DNA from: Selaginella moellendorffii
Lineage: Eukaryota; Plantae; Lycopodiophyta
Reading direction: 5' to 3'
Assembly: GCF_000143415.4 (NCBI RefSeq)
Contig: NW_003314305.1
Span: forward strand, 557,709 to 621,708
Length of the DNA stretch: 64,000 bases
Shown here: positions 46,430-60,399 of the stretch, piece after piece
How positions within the stretch are numbered: the first letter of the stretch is position 1
Layout of the letters: each line of letters begins with the position of its first letter
The notes under the pieces: model-generated
The model's database searches: none
The model's input: the letters and a program-made list of their open reading frames with translations, nothing else
Told to the model about the DNA's origin: nothing
Translations under genes and position numbers: made by a program

Positions 46430-48540
46430 TCAAGTTTTAACATCTCAGCTGGGGATACATCGTCGGAATGCAATTTCCACCTAGGAATCATAATGCAAAT
46501 TGTTCTTCTCCTTGGCTATCTCCGAGCTTCTAGAGCTTGTTCTCCTCCTGGAGAGAAGGAAGAAAGAGCACATATGAGTTAGATACACAAGTGCAGGAGA
46601 ATTTTTTTCAGATACCTTGATTGAAGAGTTGTTAACATACTCCCATGCCATAGGATTTGGCAATGAGCAAGAAAAGTTCCAATGCAGCAGTTTTTGATGG
46701 ATTCTTGCGATTGATAGTAATGGGCTACTTGATGGGAGAAGAATGCAAAGTTTCACTCGTAGACAAGAGTGCAAGCCACCTCCACGAATGGCCTAGCCTG
46801 GTCAGCTCCTTCCACACTCCCTTCTATGCACCAAAGCAAAAATCTCATCTTCCTTTAGTTCCTAGAAATTCCACAAGGTTTTATTGGCAGAGGAAGTGAG
46901 CCAGTTTCAGTTGTGCCTTGACCTGAAAAAGACCAAAAAAAAGAAGAAGTGAGAATTGTAGTATTCACACTCTTGTTGCAAGATCTCAAGTTCTTCTCGC
47001 CATCTTTTAACTTTGTTTCTGACATATAAAGCGTGTAGATAACCTTGAGTGTGGAAACAGACATACTTCTTGAGGATGAAATGCAATATAAATACTACGA
47101 AGCCATTCAGCTATACAGGTGGTATGTATCATTTGAAACTCAAAGCTAGCATTCCAAAGTGAATCACTAGTGTGTCTTGACAACTCCATAGTGGTGTTGA
47201 TAATGTGAGATAGTATCGGCCGGAGAACCAATGAGTAGACTGTAATCTCCCATTGTCTTTATGACACACTCCAGCCTCTAGCATTTGGCTTTGTTAACCT
47301 TTGAAAAGTCAATGATTGCATTTCATTCTTTCTCACAAGAGAAAACTTTCAATCACCTCTTCAAAGCTGAGCAAGATGTGTGAGCCCATTGGAGTTGTGA
47401 GCATCGCTTCGCAAGAAGAACTTGGCTTTCAAAAGCATGAGGATCAACACTGCAAAATTGTGCATTAGAGTTCTGGCGTGATGCTTGAGCATTTCCTTGT
47501 CAATTAGAGGAACAACACCATCTGCAGCCTCTTCTTGTCATCCTGCTCCACCTGATTTACATGTTTTTACATTGAATTCATCAGTTCAAGGAAGAACAAT
47601 AGCAAAACTTCATAGAATTCAAAAGAGTGAAAGCAAACACTTTGGTATGCTGAAAGAATTAAAAAAATATTTAAATGAATCCATTAGTTCAAGGAAAAAC
47701 AACAGCAAAGCCTATGAAAGAAAAGAAAAGTTTTAAGAAATCTAAATGCCAAAAAGAGTGAAATCAAACAATTTGGTATGCCAAAAGCATTCTAGAACAA
47801 ATAAATGTAAATGCCACAAACCAAAAAAAGAGCTCATAAAACCCACTAGAAAAAATAATTTATTAATAAATTATTACGTGTTGCATGTAATGCTTGGTTT
47901 ACTTAATAGTATTGATTAAATAAAGTTTATAATTATAAATATGTTTGTAATTTATAAACACAAGATTAATCTTATTGTATATCAACCATTAGATGATAGA
48001 ATAAAAAAGAATATACTAGGATGGGTTCAAGAAAGTATATAAATTATAAATACAAGATTAATCTAAATGAATAGCAACCGTTAGATGGTAGAATATCATA
48101 GAATATTCAAGTATATTTTAGATATATCCTCAAGTTTGCTTAAGCAAACCAAAAAGTAAATTCTAACCACCCCAAAGACAAAGTAAAGGAAGAGAAAACA
48201 AAGAGAGAAAGGAAGAACACTAAAATGCCGCTTCGGGCAAATGCTGTAAGGGAATAGAAGCAAATATTTGTTCTTGGATGGGAGAGGAGGCAAAGCACCT
48301 CCTCGTTTGTGTGGTTGGGTACTCGTTGCAAATCTCTATGAATTTCTCATACATGGTGTCCATATTGGGGAAATAAAGCACACCAATGCAGCCATGGAAC
48401 TTGCAATTGGAAATCCTCCCACTAGCTTTAATTTGCCCTACCAATCATGAATTGGAAGCATAGTCATCCATTCTCCCAAGGCTGGAGGCTAAATGGGCTC
48501 TTCTGATCCTCCTTGTAGAAGCTGCTGGTGGCTTGGAGTT
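46430..48540 (-). pseudogene. TRS120: Degenerate TRS120/TRAPPC9 5' fragment, unit 2
   Basis: ATSSFYKEDQKSPFSLQPWENG, EKFIEICNEYPTTQTRRCFA, NTTMELSRHTSDSLWNA. Confidence 0.82.
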
Positions 48541-50028
48541 TGACCTGGGCATGTTGGGTCACCATTTGGATGCATTGCAGAGGCAATGGAGAGGCATTGA
48601 TCCAATGCTGACCATTGCTACACAAATCTTGCATCCATTTTACATTTGGTGACTTATATAACATTTAGGAACCAAGGGTTAATGAGATTAACAACAGTTT
48701 AATTTTGGCATTATAGAATAGAATAGAATAAAGGGAAAATTACATTTATACCCCTCATTTGAAAAATTACAAATTTGATCCTACCTGTTATAGGATTCGA
48801 ACACTTTACTTATATTGTATGTTTAAAATTTAGAGTCAACTAGATAATTATGGCAACAAATATGAAAAAGAATTATATATTTACATATATGTGGAGGTTT
48901 TTTTTTTGAGTTGATGCAAAAATATTACACAGTCACTTTTTAATTATTATGTAAGCAATCAAAACATATTTGTATGTACAATATTTTCTTTATGGTGTAT
49001 ATCATGTATATATAAGGCATATCACTGTAGATTACCAAGTGTATCTCATTTCACACAACTATGGCTTATTTCTTGTGTTTTATAGGCATATTTTGATTGC
49101 AATGAGTGATATAAAAAATCTCAAGAGGTTATCCAAGTGAATTATTCAAACAAAAAAAAACCTAATCCCAAATATCCTAAACATTTAACCAATTGGAAAA
49201 ATAATGTATTTTTGTTCATAAACCCCTTCTTTTTATATTTGAATTTTTATAGATCATCTTTTGAATCTTTTTCTTTGGTTGCTTACATACAACAATAAAG
49301 GCAAAACATTTCTTTGGGTGTTGCATTAGTTTTGCTACAAAAAAGTTGCAACCATGGTAAATTGTTAATTTTATTGATTTCTCATATACATTAAATTTTT
49401 TAACATTGTAATGATTTATTGTGTTTGGGAAAAGCGCTTATCATTATCTTCACCAAAGAGATAGCCTTAAATAGAAATTTTAGCTTATAACATCCAAAAT
49501 GCACTCAAAATCCAACTCACATGCTATAAAATAAAAAAAAAACACTATTTACTTTAAACACACTTATTAAACACAAAATTTAGATGAAGTCTAATTTAAC
49601 CTATTGCTTCATATTTTTATTGTCCAGCTTTGAAATTCTTGAAATCTTAGAATTCTCTATATATGCTATAGCTCTGCCATCTCACATCACTACCCTAACC
49701 ACCTCTTTGATCACGAGTTAATATGGTATATGCAGGAATGGCTAGACTTTATATATTTTAATTAACAGATGAAGTCTAATATAAATTTTAAAATGAATAA
49801 TTTTCTCTTTATAATTATGTGGAATAAATAGCTATAAAGAGGGAGGGTTTGACTGAAGAATTCAAGGAGGATACCATTATTGAAGTCATATTATTTCATT
49901 TTTATTATAATATTTAAATTTAATATAACTCAAATTCCATATTTATAATATAAAACTAAAAACTAAAATTTTTAAAGTTTTAATAAAAGATGAAACACAT
50001 TAAATGTAAGTTATTATTTATTATATAT

Positions 50029-53000
50029 TATGAGTGCTTGGAATATGGAAAGGAAATACAGAAAATGTGCATATCAATTAGCCCAAAAACCCTAGCTTAT
50101 ATACAGGAGCAAGTGGTCCAGATTGAAATTAATTCGACAACTACCAAAATCCCACTATGCTAATATTAATATATGGCATCGTAGCCGTACACTTGGCCCT
50201 TACATCATCCCCTCCTCTCGGAATAATGGAAGGCTGTTAGGGTTCTTTTATAAACAGGTTGGGATCTAAAGGAACATCAGGAGGAGGCATCGGTGGATCT
50301 GTAGATGGTATTAATTGCTCATGATCCTTTTGTATGAAGCGTTTTAAACGTTGCACATGCACAATCTCTGGAGGATCAGCCTGCTAGACGTCATGCCAAA
50401 CCTGATAAACTTGTGGTCCAACTTGCCACAACATTTGATATGGTTCTTTCCACTACGCAAGGAGCCCTTTAGATAAACCACGTACCTTAAGATGGGGAAA
50501 ACGGACTAACACCAAATCATCCACTTTGTACTTCGCAGGTTAACGATGATAGAAGTTATAGTGCCGTTGTTGTCCCATTTGTACACGGCCTAAGTATTTG
50601 GCAGACTCTGTTCAAACAAGTGGAAGAATGCTCGTAAAATATTAATCCCACAACCTAGCATTGGGAGCTCATGGCAATCATGAAGGTAAACCTAGCTCCG
50701 TTGGTAATATTGGATCAGGACCATATCGGCAAATAACCATCTTAATCCAAATGCTGAAAGTTCACTTTGAACGTATTACAAGTTTGGCACCAAACGCAGC
50801 TACGCACATATCGAATAATATCACGTCATATCTCCGGCCAATAAAAAGACTTGTGCAGCTTCTCGGTTACATGATGATGTCCCATATGCCCACCTAAAAC
50901 AAGAGAATCATGATAGGTATAGAGAAACTGTGGAATAAAGACAAAAGGCACCACTAGCCGTAAATGATCATCAGGATCTTTCCCCACAAAATAAAGAAGG
51001 CCATCTTCAAGGCGATATTGAGAATGTAAATGCCAGGAAGGCAAGTCATTAGCAAGTGATGCAAGATTGTCAAACACATCTCGAAGTCTTCGAATCCACA
51101 GCTCATTCTTTTGAGCCTCGTGAACCTCATCAAGAGAAGGTAGATCTGGCTCTGTGCTTTATGGACACTGAATGTCAAGTACAGCAACTGCTAACGGCAC
51201 AGAATCCTTGTCTAGAAAACCCACAGATGCTGGAATAATATGCTCGTCAGAAATATGAGAAAAGAGTGGAGAAGGAAGAGGAGCTTGAGAAAGGGCATCA
51301 GCATCAGCCATAGAACTCCCTAGCGATGAACAACATCAAAATCATATATCTGAAGCTTCAAAGCCCATTGAGCAGTATGACCAACCAGGTTCTTCCACTT
51401 CAATAATGAAGTAATACCAGCATGGTCACCTTCAAATAACGTCTGAGAACCATGTAGATATGCATGAAGTTTCTCGAAACCCCAGACTGCTACTAAACAC
51501 TCCTTCTCTATCGTGGAGTAGTTCATCTTCGCTGGTTGTAACGTATAGCTTATATACGCAATGGGATGGCGCTGACTAAGCACACTTGAGCTCTCTTGCA
51601 TCAACACACCTCCAAGACCAACGTCAAAAGCGTCCACGTGCAAAATAAAAGGTCGAGTGTAGTCAGGATATGCCAAAACCGGAGAAGTCGTCAATAGCTT
51701 TTTGAGATCCACAAACGCCCGTTCACACTCCGGAGACCAGATGAAAGATGATGTTGATGACTTCAACAACGCTCGCAATGGTGCAATACGATCAAAAAGA
51801 TGATCCATAAAATGACCGAGATACTGCAACTTGCCCAAGAAGCGTTGCATATAATTCACACACTTCGGAGTAGGGAACTTTAAAACAGCAACAAGTTTGT
51901 CAGGATCAACTTGCAAACCCTCACGAGAAATATAGTACCCAAGATAAGTTGTGTCCTTGGACCCAAACACGCACTTTGACCGTTTCAGCTTTAAACTAAT
52001 GTTGCGTAGCTGATCCAACACTTTACAAACATCACGAATATGATCCTCCCACGTCCCCTCCGAATGGATCAAGACATTATCAATGAAGTTAGCAATCACC
52101 TCCGGCATATTGCAAAGAACCTCGTCCATCATCCATTGAAAAGTTGCTGAAGCATTGTTCAAACTAAATGGCATCACCAAGAACTCTTACAAACCAAATG
52201 GTGTATGAAAAGCAATTTTCACCATCTAGCTTGGTGAAGCAACGACTTCACCCTAGACGATCCAAGAGATTAGCAGTGTGAGGAAGAGGGTACACATCAA
52301 GGATTGTCACTTCGTTTAATGGATGATAGTCGATGCAGAAACGAATACTTTCATCAGGCTTCGTCACAAGATGAGGTTCACATGCCCAAGGACTCCATGA
52401 CTTTCAAATAACACCCTTCTCCAATATCTCCTTGACGTTTGCATGTAAAATCTTGATCCCCTTAGGTGACCGACGACGAATAGAAACCTTGATTGGACGA
52501 GCACCCCCGGTTGGAATCAGATGACGTGTGGAAATCTTAGCCCCAGACGATAGGTCAAATTCAAAGAGATCAGAATACTCCTTCATGAGCCGGTCAACCG
52601 CTGCAACACAAAGATCGTCGGAGGGATTGGAAAAGGGAAGAGCAGAACAAGATGGAAACACAGGAGGAAATAGTGGGGGAACAAAAGTAATGGAAGCAAA
52701 GGTAGAAATAGAGGGATGAAGAGGTACAGAAGTCAGAGGAATGGATGAAACATAAAGAAGTATGAGACAAGGGGGAGAAGCCTCAAAGTCACACTTGGCA
52801 TGATTGCGCTGCAACCAATCCATACCAAGAATGAGGTCAAAAGTTTGACTCGACACCACCCACAATGACTCAAGCTTGAGATTGTCCACACGCACAACCT
52901 GGTCCGCCTCATTTCGTACACATGCATGTGTACGTTCGTTGCCATAAAGAATGAAAACTAGTTCTGTTGCATGACGCAAGTGTAGACAACAACGTGTGGC

Positions 53001-54539
53001 AATAGGTCGCGCAATAGAAGATAAACTCGAACCTGTATCAACCAACACGGAGAGAATAATAGGAGACCTCTTGTTATAAAAACGAGCTTGGAAAGTAAAC
53101 ATTGAATTAACTAGTGCTGAGTGAACCCCTTGAACCCCTTAATGATACTCCTGAAAGAAAGATGGAGGGGTCACTAACTTATTCGCGTAAGATCCCTCCA
53201 TTACTCGCGTGACTCTTCATTTCTCAGATGCATTTTGGTGTCCAAACCTTCCACGGCAACAACACCAACGGGACGTTACTGACGCCAAGGTCTCCAACCA
53301 AGAAATGGAGGTTGCCAATCTGGAAAATGCCAACAACGCTAATAAGTATGACCAACTTCATCACACGCCCAGCAGTGAACATCACGGCCACGACTACGTC
53401 CTCGCCCTTATCCTTGGACTCGAGCAGCAGTAGCATCAACCTCCATTGGAACAAAACCATCACTTATAGGAAGTGGAGCTAAAGGACGTGTAGCCAGAAG
53501 TGGAAGAGGCAATGTCTCATAACGTTGTGTCAAGTGAAGAGCATCGTCAAGGGTGGCAAGAGCAAGTGCATGCATAAGTCCGGCAAGATCTTAACAAAGT
53601 GTTGGCCACAACATTCCTAGCTTGATCCACTCCGACATATTTGGCTCTTCACGAAGTAAAAGACTTTGGAAACGAACGCCAAATTGCATCACCGACTCAG
53701 ATGGCCCTTAGCGAAGACAATGAAATTGTTGGAAGGCATTATCACAATTGTCAGCATGCCCGAAGGCGCATTTGAAGACACCCAGAAGAACACTCCAATC
53801 CCCACGAGTGGCTGCACTCAACCCATTATACCATTGCAACGCCGTCCCTTGAAGACACATGGGAAACTCACGCAAACATCGAACATCATCCCAAGAATGA
53901 TATGTGGCAATCACTGTGAAGTGATCGAACCAATGGTACACATCATCCCCAGGATTCCCGCAAAAGAACTTTGGCCGAACACGAGGATTGGCACCAAAAG
54001 CAGGAGGAGTTGTACCACATGTTATGAACCCTGCCATCAATTGAGTTTGGTTGTTCAATTGCAAGCGCATAGCATCAAGCAATTGTACTAACTGCTACTC
54101 TAGAGTCAAAGGAGGAGATTGCTGATCTGCCATGAAGACGAACGAAGAAAGAGCAAAAGAAGAGAAATGACAAAAAGCTAGAAGGATATGGTAGATCTAG
54201 ACAATGCAAAAAACTAAATTTAAACCAAAATCCTGAAAGGAAAGAACAAAAGAAAGGAAATGGAAAAAGTTAAATTTAGACAATGCAAAAGCTAGATCTA
54301 ATCCAAAATCCCAAATCCAAGCACTTCCCAGGGACAATCAAAGTTGCCCCTCACCTCCACCAATATGAATGCTTGGAATATGGAAAGGGAATATATAAAA
54401 TATGTATATCAATTAACCCAAAAACCCTAGTTTATATACAAGAGTGAGTGGTCTAGATTGAAACCAATTCGACAGCTACTAAAATCCCACTACGCTAATA
54501 TTAGTATACGGCATCATAGTTGTACACTTGGCCTTCACA
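50029..54539 (-). mobile_element. Ty3/gypsy family 1 copy A', both LTRs present, internally deleted
   Basis: LTRs 54364-54539 and 50029-50204; PPT 50205-50219; 4-bp TSD ATAT (50025-50028, 54540-54543); gag 53708-54082, PR VDTGSS 52404-53102, RT/RH 51320-52180; integrase core deleted near 50775. Confidence 0.93.
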
Positions 54540-54611
54540 ATATGCATATTTTATAAAAAACATTACATCATAGAGAGAGAGAGAGAGAGAGAAAGGGAGG
54601 GAGAGAGAGAG

Positions 54612-57600
54612 AGTGTGTGTGTACAGCTATAATGCTATATACTAATATTAGTGTAGTGGGATTTTGGTAGCCGTCGGATTGATTTCAATCCAGACCACTC
54701 GTTTTTATGTATAAACTAGGGTTTTTGGGCTAATTGATATGCATATTTTGTATATTCCCTTTTAATATTCCATGCATTCATATTAGTGGAGGTGAAGGGC
54801 ACTTTTGATTGTCCCTAAGGAGTGCTTGGATTTAGGATTTTTGTTTAGATTTAGCTTTTTTTATTTCCTTTCTTTTGTTCTTTTTTTTTAGGATTTTGGT
54901 TTAGATCTAGCTTTTTGCATTGTCTAGATTTCCCTTTCCTTCTAGCTTTTTGTCATTTCTCTTCTTTTGCTCTTTCTTTTTCATTCATCTTCATGGCAGA
55001 TTAGCAATCTTCTCCTTTTACTCTGGAGCAACAGTTGGTACAATTGTTTGATGCTATGTGTTTGCAATTGAACAACCAGACTCAGTTAATGGCGGTGTTC
55101 ACAATACATGGTACAACTCCTTCTGCTCTTGGTGCCAATCCTCATGCTTGGCTAAAGTTCTTTCACGGGAATCTTAGGGATGATATGTACCATTGGTTCA
55201 ATCACTTCACAGTGATTGTTACATATCATTCTTGGGATGACGCTTAACGTTTGCATGAGTTTTCCATCTGTCTCCAAGGGATGGCATTGCAGTGGTACAA
55301 TGGTTTGAGCACAGCCACTCGTGGAGATTGGAGTGTTCTACTAGACGTCTTCAAACGCGCATTCAAACATGCCAACAATTGTGATGATGCCTTCCAACAA
55401 TTGCACCATCTTCGTTAAGGGCCATTTGAGTCGGTGATGCAATTTAGCGTTTGTTTCCGAAGCCTTTTGCTTCGTGCAAAGCTAAATATGTCGGAGCGGA
55501 TCAAGCTAGGAATGTTGTGGCCAACACTTCGTCAAGATCTTGTCGGACTTGTGCATACACTTGCTCTTGCCACCCTTGACGATGCTCTTTGTTTAGCACA
55601 TCATTATGAGACGTCGTCTCTTCCACTTCTCGTTGCACATCCTTCAACTCCACTTTCTATGGGTGATGGTCCTATTCCAATGGAGGTTGATGCTGCTGCT
55701 GCTCGAGTTCAAGGACAAGGGTGAAGCCGTGGTCATGGCTGTGATGTTCGTTGCTAGGCGTGTGATGAAGTTCGTTACACTTATTGGCATTGTTAGTGTT
55801 TTCCAAATTAGCAGCCACCATTTCCTTGTATAAGCAACTAATTTTTCCATTCTACTTTAGTCACTTAACCACATCTTCGACCACTTGGAGGAGTCTCATT
55901 CACAACCTCCATAAGTCTAATTCAAGACTTGGGGTTTGCTAACCCCGAGAATGGCATCCATGCCACTCAACCTTTGCACCTGGTCTAAGTGCCCGATCCT
56001 ATGACCGACACCCCAAGATACCACTGACATATCAGCTTGTTACGCTAAGGCCATGCCCATTCACCTTAGTCTCACTAGTGGTCCAACACCACCTACCTCA
56101 CAGTCCCATCTCTCAAAGACTGGGCCATCCATCCATGAGTGATCATCTTAGATCCACTCCTTAACATCCTTAGGATGCCTGTAGATATGGGGAATAACTT
56201 TCCCCAATATCTCTTTTCCGGTCCCCACCAAGTCCCTTTCTGTCCATGGCCGTGTTCGCCAACACTACCACTAAATCAAGGCCCACAAGCCCGACCACTA
56301 AGTCCCACGGTCCTTTGGAATTTCCTCACCACATGACTGTATCCTTGGTCACTACACCAGAGAACTATTCCTCGTCCTTTCCATAGTCTGGGACTTTGGG
56401 ACAACATTTCAAAACACCGTGGCCCTATGCAAACCTCTTGGGTACTCTCCCTACCTTTCGCCTTTGGGTGCTTTAGCCATGGGCTTAGAGCGAGGTTCCG
56501 TTGAGCCACACCAGATATCCAAGTAGGTAGTGCCACCCACACTTGGACTGGGAGCATCGACCATTTGATCTCCCAGGGGAACTAGAGTCGGCTCTTGAAC
56601 ACTTCACCAAGCTACCCTGCTTGTCTATCCATATTCACTATAGTCTTGGACTTCCTAGTGGTCAGCTCATCACCCAACACCTGGGTACAGCCTTCTTGGG
56701 CTAAACTGGCCTTTTCTGGCCAAATTGGCTCCATTGGGCTCCAACCCCCACACTCTCCCTAATATACTTTTGGAACTTCCTACAGCCCCCCCTGGGGGAC
56801 GATCGCTTTAGGCTTTCACCCAACAGCCTGTATTAGTATTCAAACTCAAACTCGGACTCGGTTTCGAACTCGGACTTAGTCTCAGTTTCGGTCTTGATCT
56901 CGGTCTCAATTTCATCTTGGGTCCATCTCGAACTCCATCTCAGGTCCATCTCGGACTCCATCTTGGGTCCATCTCAAACTCCATCTCAGGTCCATCTCAA
57001 ACTCCATCTCAAGTCTATCTCGGACTCTTCCACGTGTTATGTATTGGTCCTCTTGTCTCTTTTCTAGAGACTCACTTATTGCTCGCTTCATGTTTATTCC
57101 TTGAGCCCTTCGTTGGGAGTTCCACTTCCGCTCTCGACTTTTCAAGTTGGAGCTTTTAGTCCAAACGCATTATGCTCGTTTGGCTTTTGTTTCGGCCACT
57201 ACCATGTGGCACCCTTTTGGCTCCAATTTAGGGCTTTGGGATTTGTGTCTCACACTTAAGTGGAGACCTTGGTGTCAACAACGTCCTGTTGGTGCTGCTA
57301 CAATGGATGGTTTGGACACCAAGATGCATCCGGGAAACAAGGAGTCATGTGAGTAATGGAGGAACCTTGTGCGAATAAGTTAATGACCCCTCCATCTTTC
57401 TTTTAGGAGTATCATCAAGGGGTCACTCAACACTGGTTCATCCAGTGTTTACTTTCCAATCTTATTTTTATAACAAGAGGTCTCCTATTATTCTTTCCGT
57501 GTTGGTTGATATAGGTTCGAGTTTATCTTCTATTGCTCGACCTATTGCCACACATTGCTGTCTACACTTGTGTCGTGCGGCGGAACCAGTTTTCATTCTT

Positions 57601-58413
57601 TATAGCAACGGCCATACACATGCATGTGGACGGGATGAGGCTGACTTGGTTGTGTATGTGGGCAATCTTGAGCTTAAATTGTAGTTATTGTGGGTGGTGC
57701 CGAGTCAAGCTTTTGACCTCATCCTTGGTATGGATTGATTGCAGAGCAATCATGCCAAGTGTGACTTTGAGGCTTCTCCTCCTTGTCTTATACTTCTTTA
57801 TGTTTCATCCATTCCTCTCACTTTCATACCTCTTCCTCCCTCTACTTCTACCTCTGCTTCCATTACTTTTGTCCCCCCACTATTTCCTTCTATGTTTCTG
57901 TCTTGTTCTACTCTTCCCTTTTCTGATCTCTTCGACAATCTTTGTCTTCCAACAGTTGACCGGCTCATGAAGGAGTATTCTGATCTCTTTGAATTTGACC
58001 TATCGTCTGGGGCTAAAATTGCCACACATCATCTGATTCCAACCAAGGGTGCTCGTTCAATCAAGGTTTCTATTTGTCATCGGTCACCCAAGGAAATCAA
58101 GATTTTACATGCAAACGTCAAGGAGATATTGGAGAAGGGTGTTATTCGAAAGTCATGGACTCCTTGGGCATATGAACCTCATCTTGTGACAAAGCCTGAT
58201 AGAAGTATTCATTTTTGCATCGATTATCATCCATTAAATGAAGTGACGATCCCAGATGTTTACACTCTTCCTCACACTGCTGATCTCTTGGATCATCTGG
58301 GGCGAAGTCATTGGTTCACCAAGCTAGATCTTATTTCTGGGTACTGACAAGTATTGATGGCCGAAGAAGATATTCCTAAGACTACTTTTCGTACACCGTT
58401 TGGTTTGTATGAG
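54612..58413 (+). mobile_element. Ty3/gypsy family 1 copy B', truncated in RT
   Basis: Colinear with B, including the clipped 5' LTR and solo LTR D; lacks element C; ends at a new D insertion. Confidence 0.9.
55829..57254 (+). mobile_element. Solo LTR D' (same insertion site as 2585-3999)
   Basis: Same sequence and same position in gag. Confidence 0.8.
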
Positions 58414-59155
58414 TGTAAGCGACTAAATTTTCCATTCTACTTTAGTCACTTAACCACACCTCCGACCACTTGGAGGAGTCTTATTCACAACCTCCATAAG
58501 TCCAATTCAGGACTTGGGACTTGCTAGCCCCGAGAATGGCATCCATGCCACTCAACATTTGCATTTGGTCTCAGTGTTCCACGTGTCTGATCCCATGACC
58601 GACACTCAAAGGTACCACCAACATGGCAGTTTGTTACGCTAAGGCCATGCCCAATCACCTTTGCCACACCGGTAGTCCAATACCACTTGCATCACAGTCT
58701 TGGCTCTCCAAGACTAGGCAAACCATCCGTGAGTGGTCATCTCAGATCCACTCCTTAGCATCCTTAGGATGCCCACCGACAAGGGGAATAGCCTTCCCCA
58801 ATATCCCTCTGTCAGTCCCCACTAAGTCCCTTTCTGCTCTTGGCCGTGTTTGCCAACACTGCCACTGGATCGAGGCCCACAGGCCCGACCACTAAGTCCC
58901 ACGGTCCTCTGGGACTTCCTCACCACACGACTGTGTCCTTGGTCACTGTCCCAGAGGACTGCTCCTCTTCCTTTCCACAGTCAGAGCCTTTGGGACAACA
59001 TTTCGGATCACTGTGGCACTTACGCGAGCCACCTGGGTACTCTCCCCGAGCTTCCGCCCTTGGGTGCTCTAGCCATGGGTTTAGAGCGAGGTTCCGTTGA
59101 GCCACGCCTGGTATCCAAGTAGGTAGTGCCAGCCACACTTGGACTGGGATGCATT
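58414..59155 (+). mobile_element. Third, 3'-truncated family D LTR inserted in RT of B'
   Basis: Begins TGTAAGCGACTAAATTTTCCATTC; homology to D stops near 59155. Confidence 0.8.
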
Positions 59156-59269
59156 GAGTGTATCCTTTGCGCCGCCAATCGATCGAGCTGGCCGGCTCTG
59201 GCTGGATTATTCCAATTGCTTCTCAAGTTTTGCGTGGATATGAGACCAAAGGTACGCTCGCTTCGTTTT

Positions 59270-59660
59270 CTTTTCTTTGGATTGTTTGCAACAAAACAGC
59301 TGTGGTATTTGCTGGGAAGGTCATCAATCTTTCGCTGCTTACTTCTTATTTTCACGTTGGGCAGTACAACAGGCCATGGATGTATTCCCCATTTGGATAC
59401 ATAGCAGACGAGTCCTTTGAATACTTCGCAGCACTTTTGTAAGTTTTTGTTGAAGTTATACTTCTCGATGGTACAGCAAGAGAATCAATCAGAATGACAA
59501 CCAAAAAGCTCAAAGGAAACACACAATCTACTCACCTTTGCACTTTTACAACCGGATTATTCGTCACTTCAACCAAGCCAAAGAAGAGATACACACCATA
59601 CATCCAATCGTATTTGCCCCAAGACTGCAAAAATGGCTGCAAAAAGATTTATCCTGCAGA
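59270..59660 (-). pseudogene. Inverted family X fragment
   Basis: Minus strand encodes FLQSWGKYDWMYGVYLFFGLVEVTNNPVVKVQ and KIRSKQRKIDDLPSKYHSCFVANNP; its intron matches ~20809-20865. Confidence 0.75.
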
Positions 59661-60399
59661 AAACAATAGCTATAATACCGGAATACAAAGCCACGGGACA
59701 ATCCTCCAATATGTTCTTCGATGGCCCAGGCTTTTTTTGAGATCTCCACCGCCTGTGTTCGTGGACAAGCTTTCAAACAAGAAAAGTAAGACAACACTCT
59801 CTCAAAATCTCCAAACGAGCTACCTGAGAATCCTACAAGTTTTCTCTTGCAAGAACCAATTTTTTCTTGGGCAGCAAACTGCGGAAAAGAAAAAATGGAA
59901 GACTTAGTGGCAGAGCCAACCATGAAAAAAGGCTCTTAAATCTCTTCGGGCGAAAATTTTTCATCGTGGAACAATGCCACATACTTTATCAGATCCACAG
60001 AAATATGGGAACGGTTGCATGAACTGCATGGCACGTTGATGCTCACTCGCATGCAATGCTGGATGATTGGTGAGGATGTTCCTTCATGAGATTGTAGAGC
60101 GGTCGAATTGTCATGGCCAGCGACATGGAGCCGGCAAAGGAATCCAATCCCACAAACCAAAGCATGTAGCGAGATGGACGACGTCACTGAATCCATCGGC
60201 ATCGCATCAGCGCTTCCTTACCAGCCGCATTTGCGGTCCAAAAATCCAGATTGGGTAGTGCTGCTAAAATCTGTTATACAGTTTTTGTAAATCAAGAAGC
60301 AAAAGGTTGATGTACTTGCCGTGCCTCCAAGCCAGTGTTTTTACTGCCAACAATCCATTCGTTCATGTACGCACTGATACTATGCGTTCAATTTTTGCA

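Larger units (their letters stand above)
31843..50028. repeat. Tandem segmental duplication, unit 2 (~18.2 kb)
   Basis: Colinear with unit 1. Confidence 0.95.

Noticed and set aside
13250-50028. Whole 18.5-kb unit as a giant transposon
   Set aside because: No TIRs, TSD, Rep/helicase or transposase found; the junction is seamless, as expected for tandem duplication.
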